Assembly (NCBI GenBank): GCA_041242255.1
Contig: JBESAV010000001.1
Location: 928,001 to 992,000, forward strand
Length of the DNA stretch: 64,000 nt
Source: Candidatus Altimarinota bacterium
GTDB taxonomy: Bacteria > Patescibacteriota > Gracilibacteria > UBA1369 > GCA-2718715
Reading direction: 5' to 3'
Position 1 is the stretch's first letter, and each line of letters starts with the position of its first letter. Of the stretch, positions 38,584 to 48,964 are shown one piece after another. The notes beneath the pieces were generated by a model. The model made no database searches. It saw only the letters and a program-made list of their open reading frames with translations, and was not told the origin of the DNA. Both the position numbers and the translations under genes were made by a program.

Positions 38584-41500
38584 ATGGCTTCAAAAAAAGC
38601 ACAAATCAAAGGAGGAACTAAGTACACTCCTTATTCTTCAGGTCTTGGTGAAAGGTACTATTTCACCGATAATGACTTGGACAAGTTCCCTCTTCCAAAT
38701 CTAATCAAGCCTCAACTCGACAGCTTTGATTGGTTTTTAGGAGAAGGAATTCAAGAACTTCTTGACGAAGTTAATCCTATTCAGGACTTCTCAGGGAAAA
38801 AAATGGAACTTCACTTCTTAAATTACGAATTAGAAGAACCAAAACACGATCCAGAATATTGCCGTAAGAAAAACCTTACATACGAAGCACGTATCAAATC
38901 TCACGTTCAACTAGTAAATAAAGAAACAGGTGAGATCAAGGAGCAAGATGTATCTCTTGGCTCTATCCCATTGATGACTACCAAAGGTAGTTTCATCGTA
39001 AACGGAATTGAAAGAGTAGTAGTAAACCAAATCGTAAGAGCTCCAGGTGTATTCTTCTCTGATAACAAAAAGAATCAATACGGTTCTGCCAAAATTATCC
39101 CTAAAAGAGGTGCTTGGCTAGAAGTAGAAACAAGTAAAAGAGGAATCATCAATGTTAAAATTGATAGAAAACGTAAAATTCCAGTAACAGCTTTACTAAA
39201 AGTATTCGGATATGACACAGATGATAAAATCCTAGATCTTTTCAAAGATGATATCAAAGACCTTGAAAACGATTTCATCACTAAAACTCTTGAAAAAGAT
39301 CCATCAAACAACGTAGAGGAAGCTTACCAGTTGATCTACAAAAAGCTTCGTCCAGGTGATCTAGCAACTGCTGAAAATGCAAAAGCTATGGTTAATGACC
39401 TTTTCTTTGATAGAAAGAAGTACGATATGGGGAAAGTTGCAAGATACAAAATGAACAAAAGGTTCGGACTTAAAACAGGAAACAAACCAGACGACCTTGT
39501 TTTCCAAGTTGAAGATTTTGTACACATCATGAAACACCTTATCGCACTAAATAATGAAGAAGTTAAAGCTGACGACATCGACGATCTTTCAAACAGACGT
39601 ATTAGAGGTGTAGGTGAACTTATCCAAGCCAAATTCCGTGTTGGTGTCCTCAGAACAGAAAGAATCGCCAAAGATAGAATGACAGTAATGGATCTTGAAA
39701 CAGTAACTCCAACCCAATTAGTAAACTCAAGACCTATCACTGCGGCACTAAGAGAATTCTTTGCTAATTCTCAACTTTCTCAATTCATGGATCAAACCAA
39801 TCCTCTTTCTGAGTTATCTCATAAAAGACGTATCTCAGCTATGGGTCCAGGTGGTCTATCAAGAGAAAGAGCATCATTCGATGTAAGGGATGTACATCCT
39901 ACTCACTATGGAAGAATCTGTCCTATTGCAACTCCAGAGGGACCAAATATTGGTCTTGTAGTTCATATGGCTTCTCATTCTAAAATCAATGAATTCGGAT
40001 TCCTACAATCTCCTTACAGAATTGTTAAAAACACTGTTCCAAACAAAGCAAAACATCTAGAAGGAAGAATCGTACGTGAAGAGATCTTAGACGGTAAAAA
40101 AGTTGTTGCTGAGTCAGACACAGTAATAGACAAAAAATTAGCAACCAAACTTACTAAAATCAAAGACCTGAAAGAAGTTCCTGTTAGACCTTATGTTACT
40201 GATGAAATCGAGTACTTAGATTCTGACGAAGAAAGAAACACAGTAGTTGCCCAAGCAAGTTCTGAACTAGATGAGCTTGGACAATTCACTTTAAAAAGAG
40301 TTTCAGCCCGTAAACATTACGAAGCAACTCTAGCCCATGTAAATGACCTTACACATATTGATGTATCTCCAAAACAGATCATCTCTATCTCAACCGCACT
40401 TATCCCATTCTTAGAAAATGACGATAATACTCGTGCATTGATGGGTACAAACATGCATAGACAGGCAGTACCACTTGTCACTCCACAAAGACCAGTAGTA
40501 GGTACAGGTATGGAAGCTATCGCCGCTCAGAACAGTGGTCACGTTATCCTTGCCGAAGGTAAAGGAGAGGTAACTTACGTAGACGGATCAATGATTACAG
40601 TAATGTACTCAAACGGTAAAAAAGTTGAATACAAACTACAAAATTTCATTCGATCAAACCAAGGTACAGCTCTTCACCAAAGGCCTACTGTCTCTAAAGG
40701 TGACAAAGTTAAAAAAGGAGATCTACTTGCTGATGGTTCATCTATCGATCAAGGAGAACTAGCTCTTGGAGCAAATCTTCTAACAGCTTACCTACCATGG
40801 GAAGGATACAACTTTGAGGATGCGGTAGTTATATCAGAAAAACTTGTAAGAGAAGGAACTTTCGACTCTGTACATATTGAGAACTACACAATAGACATCC
40901 GTGATACAAAACTAGGACCAGAAGAAATCACAAAAGACATCCCAAATGTAGCTGAAAACAAACTAAAAGATCTTCAAGATAACGGAATCATCCGTATCGG
41001 AGCTTCAGTTCAAGAAGGAGATATCTTAGTTGGGAAAATCACTCCAAAAGGAGAAACTGAACTAACCGCTGAAGAAAGACTTCTAAGAGCAATCTTCGGA
41101 GACAAAGCAAAAGACACAAAAGATACATCTCTAAGAATGCCTGGAGGGTCAGGAGGTAAAGTTGTAGACATTCAAATCTTCGACAGAGCCCAAGGTGATG
41201 AACTTCAAACTGGAGTTATCCAACAAATCCAAGTATCAGTTGCTCAAACTAGAAAAATCTCAGTTGGAGATAAAATCGCAGGGCATCACGGTAACAAAGG
41301 GGTAATCTCAAAAATCGTTCCAGAAGAAGACATGCCTTACCTACCAGATGGAACTCCAGTAGATATCGTATTAAATCCACTCGGGGTAATCTCTCGTATG
41401 AACATCGGACAACTACAAGAAAACCATCTTGGTGCAGCTGCTAAAAAACTTGGAATCAAAGTAGCAACTCAACCACTAGACGGTGTACCAAATGAAACTA

Positions 41501-42150
41501 TCCACAATCTTCTCGAAGAAGCTGGATTAGACACTGACGGTAAAGTACAACTTTACGATGGTAAAACCGGAGAACCATTTGCTCATAGAACTACAGTAGG
41601 TATCTCTTACATTCTTAAGCTTTACCACTTAGTTGAAGATAAAATCCATGCACGTTCTGTAGGACCATACTCTCTAGTAACTCAACAACCACTTGGAGGT
41701 AAAGCTCAACATGGTGGACAAAGATTTGGTGAGATGGAGGTATGGGCGCTTGAAGCTTACGGTGCATCGCACACTCTTCAAGAAATGCTTACAATCAAAT
41801 CTGATGATGTATACGGAAGATCAAAAGCTTACGAATCAATCATCAAAAACGAATCAATCAAAAAACCAAGAACACCTGAATCATTCAATGTATTGGTAAA
41901 AGAACTACAAGGTCTAGGTCTATACGTAGAGCTAATCAACGACCTAACTTACGTAGATGAAAATCCAAAAGAATTTATCTCAGGTGATCCTGAATCACAT
42001 GAAGGAATTGACCCAGAAGTTGCTGAAGAAATTGAAAAAGAATCAGAAAATACAGCTGACACTGAAGAAATTCCTGAACTAAATGTTTCAACCGGACTAG
42101 ACACTTCTGATGAAAACGAGTCTGAAGAAGCTGAAACAGAACAAGCATAA
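38584..42150 (+). CDS. rpoB: RNA polymerase beta subunit
   Basis: SQLSQFMDQTNPL, HYGRICP, TPEGPNIG, GYNFEDA, GGQRFGEMEVWALEAYG. Confidence 0.99.
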   Translation: MASKKAQIKGGTKYTPYSSGLGERYYFTDNDLDKFPLPNLIKPQLDSFDWFLGEGIQELLDEVNPIQDFSGKKMELHFLNYELEEPKHDPEYCRKKNLTYEARIKSHVQLVNKETGEIKEQDVSLGSIPLMTTKGSFIVNGIERVVVNQIVRAPGVFFSDNKKNQYGSAKIIPKRGAWLEVETSKRGIINVKIDRKRKIPVTALLKVFGYDTDDKILDLFKDDIKDLENDFITKTLEKDPSNNVEEAYQLIYKKLRPGDLATAENAKAMVNDLFFDRKKYDMGKVARYKMNKRFGLKTGNKPDDLVFQVEDFVHIMKHLIALNNEEVKADDIDDLSNRRIRGVGELIQAKFRVGVLRTERIAKDRMTVMDLETVTPTQLVNSRPITAALREFFANSQLSQFMDQTNPLSELSHKRRISAMGPGGLSRERASFDVRDVHPTHYGRICPIATPEGPNIGLVVHMASHSKINEFGFLQSPYRIVKNTVPNKAKHLEGRIVREEILDGKKVVAESDTVIDKKLATKLTKIKDLKEVPVRPYVTDEIEYLDSDEERNTVVAQASSELDELGQFTLKRVSARKHYEATLAHVNDLTHIDVSPKQIISISTALIPFLENDDNTRALMGTNMHRQAVPLVTPQRPVVGTGMEAIAAQNSGHVILAEGKGEVTYVDGSMITVMYSNGKKVEYKLQNFIRSNQGTALHQRPTVSKGDKVKKGDLLADGSSIDQGELALGANLLTAYLPWEGYNFEDAVVISEKLVREGTFDSVHIENYTIDIRDTKLGPEEITKDIPNVAENKLKDLQDNGIIRIGASVQEGDILVGKITPKGETELTAEERLLRAIFGDKAKDTKDTSLRMPGGSGGKVVDIQIFDRAQGDELQTGVIQQIQVSVAQTRKISVGDKIAGHHGNKGVISKIVPEEDMPYLPDGTPVDIVLNPLGVISRMNIGQLQENHLGAAAKKLGIKVATQPLDGVPNETIHNLLEEAGLDTDGKVQLYDGKTGEPFAHRTTVGISYILKLYHLVEDKIHARSVGPYSLVTQQPLGGKAQHGGQRFGEMEVWALEAYGASHTLQEMLTIKSDDVYGRSKAYESIIKNESIKKPRTPESFNVLVKELQGLGLYVELINDLTYVDENPKEFISGDPESHEGIDPEVAEEIEKESENTADTEEIPELNVSTGLDTSDENESEEAETEQA

Positions 42151-42172
42151 AATTTAAAACCAAGTAAAAATT

Positions 42173-45100
42173 ATGGCATTTAATCAAAATCAAGCTTACC
42201 AAAACTTCGATGCGATAGCTTTGTCAGTTGCTTCTCCAGAACAAATCCTGTCTTGGTCTCATGGTGAAGTTAAAAAACCTGAAACAATCAACTATCGTAC
42301 CCAAAAACCAGAAAGAGACGGACTCTTCTGTGAAAGAATTTTTGGACCAACCAAAAATTACGAATGTTACTGTGGTAAGTACAAAAAAATCCGTTATAAA
42401 GGTGTTATCTGTGAAAAATGTGGTGTAGAAGTAACTCATTCTTCAGTTAGAAGACAAAGAATGGGACACATCAAGCTAGCAGTTCCTGTTACTCACATTT
42501 GGTACCTTAGATCTACTCCAAGTAGATTGGGTCTTCTACTAAACCTACCAGTTAAAACAATCGAACAAGTTGTTTACTTTGCAGCTTACATTGTTACATC
42601 AGTAGATCATGACTCTAAAGCTCAAACTAAAGAGCAACTTACTCAAGAGTTTAAAGCTTACAAAAAGAAACTAATTTCTGAATACGAAGCTGAACAAAAA
42701 ACTCTTGCTGAAGCTAAAGGTACTACCAAAAAAGCTGAAGAAGAGCTAGAAAAAGAATTTGCAAGAAAACTTGAAGTTCTTACAACCCAACACAACCAAG
42801 CTAAATCAGATATCGACAACCTTGAAGTTGGTAGCGTTCTAACTGAAATAGATTTCCGAGACATGTCTATGAAGTTCGGTCACATCTTCACTGCTGGAAC
42901 TGGTGCTGAATCTATCGATCAAATCATCCGTGAGAAAGATCTAGAAAAAGAACTAGAAGAACTAGAAAAAGAAATCATCGGAGCATCTGGTCAAAAGAAA
43001 AAGAAACTTATCAAACGTATTAAACTTCTAGGAAGCCTTATCCAATCTGAAATCAAACCAGAGTGGATGGTCCTGAAAGCTCTTCCAGTTATTCCGCCAG
43101 AGCTAAGACCAATGGTACAACTAGACGGAGGTAGATTTGCTGCTTCAGATCTAAATGATCTATACAGAAGAGTAATCAACAGAAACAACCGTCTGAAAAA
43201 ACTTCTTTCAATCGGGGCGCCAGAAGTAATCTCTCGTAATGAAAAACGTATGCTTCAAGAAGCAGTTGATACACTTCTAAACATGAGTGCTAGACAATCA
43301 CGTGCTTCATTTACAACAGGAAGAAGAAAACTTAAATCTCTTTCTGACATGCTAAAAGGTAAACAAGGTCGTTTCAGACAAAACTTACTTGGTAAGCGTG
43401 TAGACTACTCTGGTCGTTCTGTAATCGTAGTAGGTCCTACTCTTGAACTAAATGAATGTGGTCTTCCAAAACAAATGGCTCTGACACTATTCAAACCATT
43501 CGTTATCTCAAAACTAATTGAGTACGGATACGCCCACAACATTAAAAGTGCAGAAAAACTTTTATCTCAAGGAGAAAAAGAAGTATGGGATCTTCTAGAA
43601 GAAGTAATCAAAGACAAATACGTTCTACTAAATCGTGCCCCTACACTTCACAGACTTGGTATTCAGGCTTTCCAACCAAGACTTATCGAAGGTAAAGCTA
43701 TTCAATTACATCCATTAGTATGTTCTGCCTTCAATGCCGATTTCGATGGGGATCAAATGGCGGTACATGTACCACTATCTGAAGCTGCACAGAAAGAAGC
43801 TAAAGAACTTATTCAGTCATCTAGAAATCTTCTTAAACCAGCTGCTGGAGACCCAACAATTACTCCATCTCAAGACATGGTATTAGGAATCTACTTCCTA
43901 ACTAAAATGACTCCAGGTAAGAAAGGGGAAGGAATGGTATTCGCAGACAAAGAAGAAGCTATAGCTGTTCTTGACCTAGGTAAATTATTCCTACAAGCAC
44001 CAATCAAAGTAATGATCGATGGTGAAATAGTAGAAACTACTGCCGGAAGAATCATCTTCAATGAAATTCTTCCAGAAAAACTACAATTCCTTAACAAAGT
44101 TGTAGATAAGAAAACTCTTTCAAACATAATCTCAGAAGCAATCGACGAGTATGATCAAGACACAGTTGCTGAAATGTCAGATAACATTAAAGATCTCGGA
44201 TTCAAATACGCAACTCAATCAGGTCTAACAATTGCAACTGCCGACATGCACATTCCAGATGAAAAATTTGGACTTCTAGATGAAGCTACTGAAGAGGTTA
44301 AAGAAATCTCAAACCTATACTGGAAAGGTATAATCACTGATGAAGAAAGAAAACAACACACCATTAAAGTATGGTCTAAAGCCAAAGACGCTGTACAGGA
44401 CCAACTTATCGGTAAATTCGATGATGAGAGTGACATCCATTACATGGTAACTTCTGGAGCGAGAGGTAAATGGGGACAAGTTACACAGATCAGTGGGATG
44501 AAAGGTCTTGTAGCAAATCCATCTGGGGAAACAATTGAACTTCCAATTAAATCGTCCCTAAAAGAAGGATTCTCTATCCTAGAGTACTTCATCGCAACAC
44601 ATGGTGGACGTAAAGGTAAGTCAGATACAGCCTTAAAAACAGCCGAAGCTGGTTACTTAACTCGTAAACTAGTGGACTCTGTACAAGATGTAATCATCCG
44701 TGAAGAGGAATGTGGTACAAAAGATTTCCATTCAATCACAAAAGAAGAAAGTGAAAAACTTGGTGTAGAATTTGGAACCAGAATTTACGCAAGATTCGCT
44801 GGTGAAGACATTGTAGATCCTGATTCAGGAGAAATTCTTGTACAAGCCAACGAAGCTATCAAAAGAACAGTAGCTGACAAAATAGCAATGAACGATAATA
44901 TTTCTGAAGTAATAGTTAGATCACCTCTAACATGTAAAACTATCGGTGGTGTATGTCAGAAATGTTACGGTAAAGATCTAGGTAACAACAAACCAGTCGA
45001 TGTAGGTGCTCCTGTTGGTATTATCGCCGCTCAAAGTATCGGTGAACCAGGTACACAGCTGACAATGCGTACGTTCCACATGGGAGGTATTGCCCAAGAA

Positions 45101-46003
45101 TCAGACATCACACAAGGTCTTACACGTGTATCAGAAGTATTCGAAGCTAGAAACCCTAAGTCCCCTGCTATCCTTTCAGCAATTGATGGGACAGTAGCAA
45201 TCAGCTCTAAAGGTTCTAAAACAGAAATTGAAGTAACTTCTGATGGTCCAATTGAGTATGAATTCGAAGTTGAAGAAAACTTCATGCCTGCAGTTGAAGT
45301 AGGAGATGAAGTTGAAAAGAAACAAACAATTGCAAAATCTCAAGTAAACAGCCGAACTACTAAAACAAAAGTTGCAGGTAAAGTAACTCACGCCGACAAC
45401 TACTCAATCAAGATTGAGACAAACGGACCTGTTACACAAAAGTATACAATTCCAAAAGGTAAAAACATCAAAGTGGTGAAAGGTGACAAAGTTGTCAAAG
45501 GTCAACCAATGACATCTGGGTCTATCAACTTAAGAGACTTAACTAAGCTTACAAGCGCTTATACAACTCTTAGATACATCATTTCTGAAATCCAAGGAAT
45601 CTACGCATCTCAAGGTCAAACAATCCATGAGAAACATCTAGAGATCATTGCTAGACAAATGCTATCTAAAGGTAGAATCCTTGACCAAGGTGACTCACCA
45701 TTCTTGGTTGGAGAGGTTAAAGATAAACTTGAAATCGACAAAGAAAATGAACGTCTTGAAGCAACAGGTAAACAACCAGCTAAATACGAACATCTTCTAC
45801 TCGGTCTAACAAGAATCTCCCTCAACACTGATTCATGGTTATCATCTGCATCTTTCCAAGAAACTATCAGAGTTCTTGTAGAAGCAGCTACAACCAAACA
45901 AATCGACCACCTGGAAGGTCTAAAAGAAAATGTAATCATCGGTAAACTAATCCCAGTCGGTGAAACATTCAGAAAAATGAAAGAACTAAACGAAGACGCA
46001 TAA
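42173..46003 (+). CDS. rpoC: RNA polymerase beta' subunit
   Basis: Zn finger CYCGKYK, GRFRQNLLGKRVDYSGRSV, NADFDGDQMAVH, GEPGTQLTMRTFH. Confidence 0.99.
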   Translation: MAFNQNQAYQNFDAIALSVASPEQILSWSHGEVKKPETINYRTQKPERDGLFCERIFGPTKNYECYCGKYKKIRYKGVICEKCGVEVTHSSVRRQRMGHIKLAVPVTHIWYLRSTPSRLGLLLNLPVKTIEQVVYFAAYIVTSVDHDSKAQTKEQLTQEFKAYKKKLISEYEAEQKTLAEAKGTTKKAEEELEKEFARKLEVLTTQHNQAKSDIDNLEVGSVLTEIDFRDMSMKFGHIFTAGTGAESIDQIIREKDLEKELEELEKEIIGASGQKKKKLIKRIKLLGSLIQSEIKPEWMVLKALPVIPPELRPMVQLDGGRFAASDLNDLYRRVINRNNRLKKLLSIGAPEVISRNEKRMLQEAVDTLLNMSARQSRASFTTGRRKLKSLSDMLKGKQGRFRQNLLGKRVDYSGRSVIVVGPTLELNECGLPKQMALTLFKPFVISKLIEYGYAHNIKSAEKLLSQGEKEVWDLLEEVIKDKYVLLNRAPTLHRLGIQAFQPRLIEGKAIQLHPLVCSAFNADFDGDQMAVHVPLSEAAQKEAKELIQSSRNLLKPAAGDPTITPSQDMVLGIYFLTKMTPGKKGEGMVFADKEEAIAVLDLGKLFLQAPIKVMIDGEIVETTAGRIIFNEILPEKLQFLNKVVDKKTLSNIISEAIDEYDQDTVAEMSDNIKDLGFKYATQSGLTIATADMHIPDEKFGLLDEATEEVKEISNLYWKGIITDEERKQHTIKVWSKAKDAVQDQLIGKFDDESDIHYMVTSGARGKWGQVTQISGMKGLVANPSGETIELPIKSSLKEGFSILEYFIATHGGRKGKSDTALKTAEAGYLTRKLVDSVQDVIIREEECGTKDFHSITKEESEKLGVEFGTRIYARFAGEDIVDPDSGEILVQANEAIKRTVADKIAMNDNISEVIVRSPLTCKTIGGVCQKCYGKDLGNNKPVDVGAPVGIIAAQSIGEPGTQLTMRTFHMGGIAQESDITQGLTRVSEVFEARNPKSPAILSAIDGTVAISSKGSKTEIEVTSDGPIEYEFEVEENFMPAVEVGDEVEKKQTIAKSQVNSRTTKTKVAGKVTHADNYSIKIETNGPVTQKYTIPKGKNIKVVKGDKVVKGQPMTSGSINLRDLTKLTSAYTTLRYIISEIQGIYASQGQTIHEKHLEIIARQMLSKGRILDQGDSPFLVGEVKDKLEIDKENERLEATGKQPAKYEHLLLGLTRISLNTDSWLSSASFQETIRVLVEAATTKQIDHLEGLKENVIIGKLIPVGETFRKMKELNEDA

Positions 46004-46027
46004 TAAGTCTCTCATAGTTCAATCCAC

Positions 46028-46057
46028 AAAACCCCGTTTCAAAAAGACGGGGTTTTT
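46028..46057 (+). terminator. rpoBC terminator
   Basis: AAAACCCCGTTT...AGACGGGGTTTTT. Confidence 0.85.
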
Positions 46058-46135
46058 ATAATTAAAAGGTACATAATTGACAAAAAGCATCAAAGTGTTA
46101 AAATGCCAAAAATTAGGATATAATTCATAAATGAT

Positions 46136-47287
46136 ATGTCATTTGAATACTTCAGATTCAACCCAGGTTGTTCTCAAACACCTAAACTCAATTCTATAGA
46201 ACCATCTCATAGAAATCCTATAAACGTAGCTATGATTGAGCATGAATTGTATCATGGACCGTATGAAGGAATCTTGGATTCTGAAACCGAAGAAACCGAA
46301 GAAATATACACACCAGAAAATACAATTAATGTCATTCCAAAAATAAATATTCGTTTATTTTTAGAGGTGTTGAAATTAAAAGTAAAACAAAAGGTTACCA
46401 GCGAAACCCAAAGTCTCACTAACGAAATCAAACAAAAAGTTAGCGACACACTACCTGAGATACAAGAGAATACATCTAGATCAATACCTGCACATTTCTA
46501 CGAAGAAAATCAAACAACTAAAGAAGAAGTTAGTTTAATCTTAGAAAGAATTGAAGATCTTATTAAACGTCCAGTCTTCGGTTTATGGATAAAATCTTTA
46601 CAAAAAATGCTGAAAGACTCACGTATGACTGGATGGCATTATTCCAAATATTACTCTGATAAAGAAGTAAACAGGTTCTATAATAAACTTAATAAACACA
46701 AAGCTTTTAATTCTCTCGGACTAGATGGATACGATAGAGATGATTTAGAATCAAATATTTTCTATATTGTTAAATACCTTAGTGAAATCAGTGAGTTCAT
46801 AACTCTTGATCAATATGTTCCAGAATCAAAAAGAAAATTAGAAATAAAAAACAAAACATTACTTACAGATGCAAAAAGGTACATTGCAGCACATGATATT
46901 CTTTTTATTGATTTACTGATGCTAAATCATGTTGAACTTACAAAAGTAAAAATCAACGGTAAAGGACTAATTACATTAGGTAAAAATTTAGGAATAGAAG
47001 AACCACATTTAATAAACTCAATCTATAGTTTACTTCAATGTATCTTCGAAACTACAGTTTCAGATGAAATAAATAGATTCACCTCCCGTTTTAGTACATA
47101 TTTACATGAAAATAATATCGATAGCTTTATAAAATTCAAAGATCATGACTTTACACAATTCCACCCAACCTTAAATAAGATTATGAAGATAAAGAGCTGT
47201 TTTGAAGGAACTGAAAATTCTAAGTTAAGCCTTAACGCCTTATGGAGGTTGATTGTTCAAAATCAATTAGCTCCTTATAAAGGTTAA
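46136..47287 (+). CDS. Hypothetical protein
   Basis: 383 aa AT-rich ORF; promoter TTGACA-N16-TAAAAT at 46077-46104. Confidence 0.6.
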   Translation: MSFEYFRFNPGCSQTPKLNSIEPSHRNPINVAMIEHELYHGPYEGILDSETEETEEIYTPENTINVIPKINIRLFLEVLKLKVKQKVTSETQSLTNEIKQKVSDTLPEIQENTSRSIPAHFYEENQTTKEEVSLILERIEDLIKRPVFGLWIKSLQKMLKDSRMTGWHYSKYYSDKEVNRFYNKLNKHKAFNSLGLDGYDRDDLESNIFYIVKYLSEISEFITLDQYVPESKRKLEIKNKTLLTDAKRYIAAHDILFIDLLMLNHVELTKVKINGKGLITLGKNLGIEEPHLINSIYSLLQCIFETTVSDEINRFTSRFSTYLHENNIDSFIKFKDHDFTQFHPTLNKIMKIKSCFEGTENSKLSLNALWRLIVQNQLAPYKG

Positions 47288-47348
47288 ATCATTATCATTG
47301 TACTTACAAAAAACCAACCACTAAAATAAACTAAATTAAACAATCCTA

Positions 47349-48896
47349 ATGAAAAAACTAACACTATCACTATTTATTCTTACCCTGGTATTTAATGTAA
47401 ATATCACCTCAGCTCAAACAGACGGACCATATATGTACACTTTTGTAGATTCAAAAGAAGGCAAAGGTAGTTACACCTTAGTTGAAAATGAAGAAAACAT
47501 CTTTATGGAAGTAATACTTAAATCTTCTAAAAACAATCCTCACAATTTAGACATACAAGATCTAACAATTTCTTGTACAGAGGACCTTATTTGGGATACG
47601 AGTGTAGAAATCGAGAATCAAACTTTCCAAGGTCAACACATCAATTCAGGTAAACATAAATTCAATATAAACCAAGAATTCCCAATCAACGAATCTATAG
47701 AATTTAAATTTTCAGGGACAGCTCTAGATATAAAAGATACCACTCTTACAATTTGTGATATAGATAGTATCAGTTTTACTCCAGACCATGGCGCTCAGTA
47801 CCAATGGGAAAGTGGTTTCCGTGGAGTTGTCAGACCAGTTGAACTTACTAGAGATTACACTGGGATAGTAAATACTTTAAGTATTAACCCTAAATCTCCA
47901 TATCCCTACCCATATTACATCGAGTATTTATATAATTCTGAAGAAACCTTTACTACAGATAGACCACCTTTTAAAACACCATTATTATACAATTTCAGAG
48001 TGATTGATGATCAAGTAAAACTAAATGAAACATACGTCGGTTGTGCCGGAGCAACTCCAGTAGAAAGCGTTATCCTAAACATAAATGGAGAGAAATATGA
48101 AATGAACCTCGATAAATCTTTCTTAAATCAAAAATACACATCTCCTCAATACATATCTGCTTTTTCATTCGATTTTGATGGACTTCAACTACCAAACAAC
48201 CCAAATCTAGTCGCACAAAACAATTATGTATCTATGATAGTAGAACCATCTTCTGTTTTGTTCAGTGATGACTCAGTTTGGTGTTCTTTTACTAAAATCA
48301 ATTATGATTCATTGTTTCTAGAAAATCCTACTGCAGAAAGCGATAGTGTAAGAATTACTCGTGCTAAGGAATATGCTGATTCAAAATTAACAGATTTAGA
48401 TTTTTTTGACCCCTCTTACACATATCAAAGTTACCTAATAAATCTAGGTATTATCAAGGGTTACCCAGACAAAACATTCAGAGCAGATAATCCAATCAAC
48501 CGTGCTGAATTAGCCGCCATCATTAATCGAACCTTTATAGATAACTCCATGTCATATGAAGCGCCATACAATCAAAATTGCTTTAGTGATCTAGAAGAAA
48601 ACTCTTGGTACATAGCAGATGTATGCAGACTCAACGCCCAAACCTGGTTAACAGGTGATGACTTATCTAAAACCTTCAGACCTGCAGATAACATCAATAT
48701 GGTAGAAGCTCTAAAAGTTGTACTAAAAGCAATTGAGCAAGATCAATCCTTGACTGAAGGTCCACAATGGTACAGCAAATACCTTACACGAGGTAATGAG
48801 CTAAATATAATTTCAAGTACATACTTCAACAATCCAGGTAAAGACATAACCAGAGGCGAACTAGCTGAACTTATATACAAAGCTATCTACCAATAG
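47349..48896 (+). CDS. Secreted protein with C-terminal S-layer homology (SLH) domains
   Basis: Signal peptide; GIIKGYPDKTFRADNPINRAELA, FRPADNINMVEA, ITRGELA. Confidence 0.85.
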   Translation: MKKLTLSLFILTLVFNVNITSAQTDGPYMYTFVDSKEGKGSYTLVENEENIFMEVILKSSKNNPHNLDIQDLTISCTEDLIWDTSVEIENQTFQGQHINSGKHKFNINQEFPINESIEFKFSGTALDIKDTTLTICDIDSISFTPDHGAQYQWESGFRGVVRPVELTRDYTGIVNTLSINPKSPYPYPYYIEYLYNSEETFTTDRPPFKTPLLYNFRVIDDQVKLNETYVGCAGATPVESVILNINGEKYEMNLDKSFLNQKYTSPQYISAFSFDFDGLQLPNNPNLVAQNNYVSMIVEPSSVLFSDDSVWCSFTKINYDSLFLENPTAESDSVRITRAKEYADSKLTDLDFFDPSYTYQSYLINLGIIKGYPDKTFRADNPINRAELAAIINRTFIDNSMSYEAPYNQNCFSDLEENSWYIADVCRLNAQTWLTGDDLSKTFRPADNINMVEALKVVLKAIEQDQSLTEGPQWYSKYLTRGNELNIISSTYFNNPGKDITRGELAELIYKAIYQ

Positions 48897-48915
48897 CACA
48901 AATCAAAAATAAACC

Positions 48916-48949
48916 AAAAGCTCTCTTAGTTTTCATCTGAGAGCTTTTT
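48916..48949. terminator. Bidirectional terminator
   Basis: AAAAGCTCTC...GAGAGCTTTTT between convergent genes. Confidence 0.8.
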
Positions 48950-48964
48950 AGTATTCCCTTAATA

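Noticed and set aside
39760-39860. Rifampicin- or streptomycin-resistance alleles in rpoB or rpsL
   Set aside because: RpoB cluster I (Q, D, H, R, S) and uS12 PKKPNSA/KDLP look wild type.
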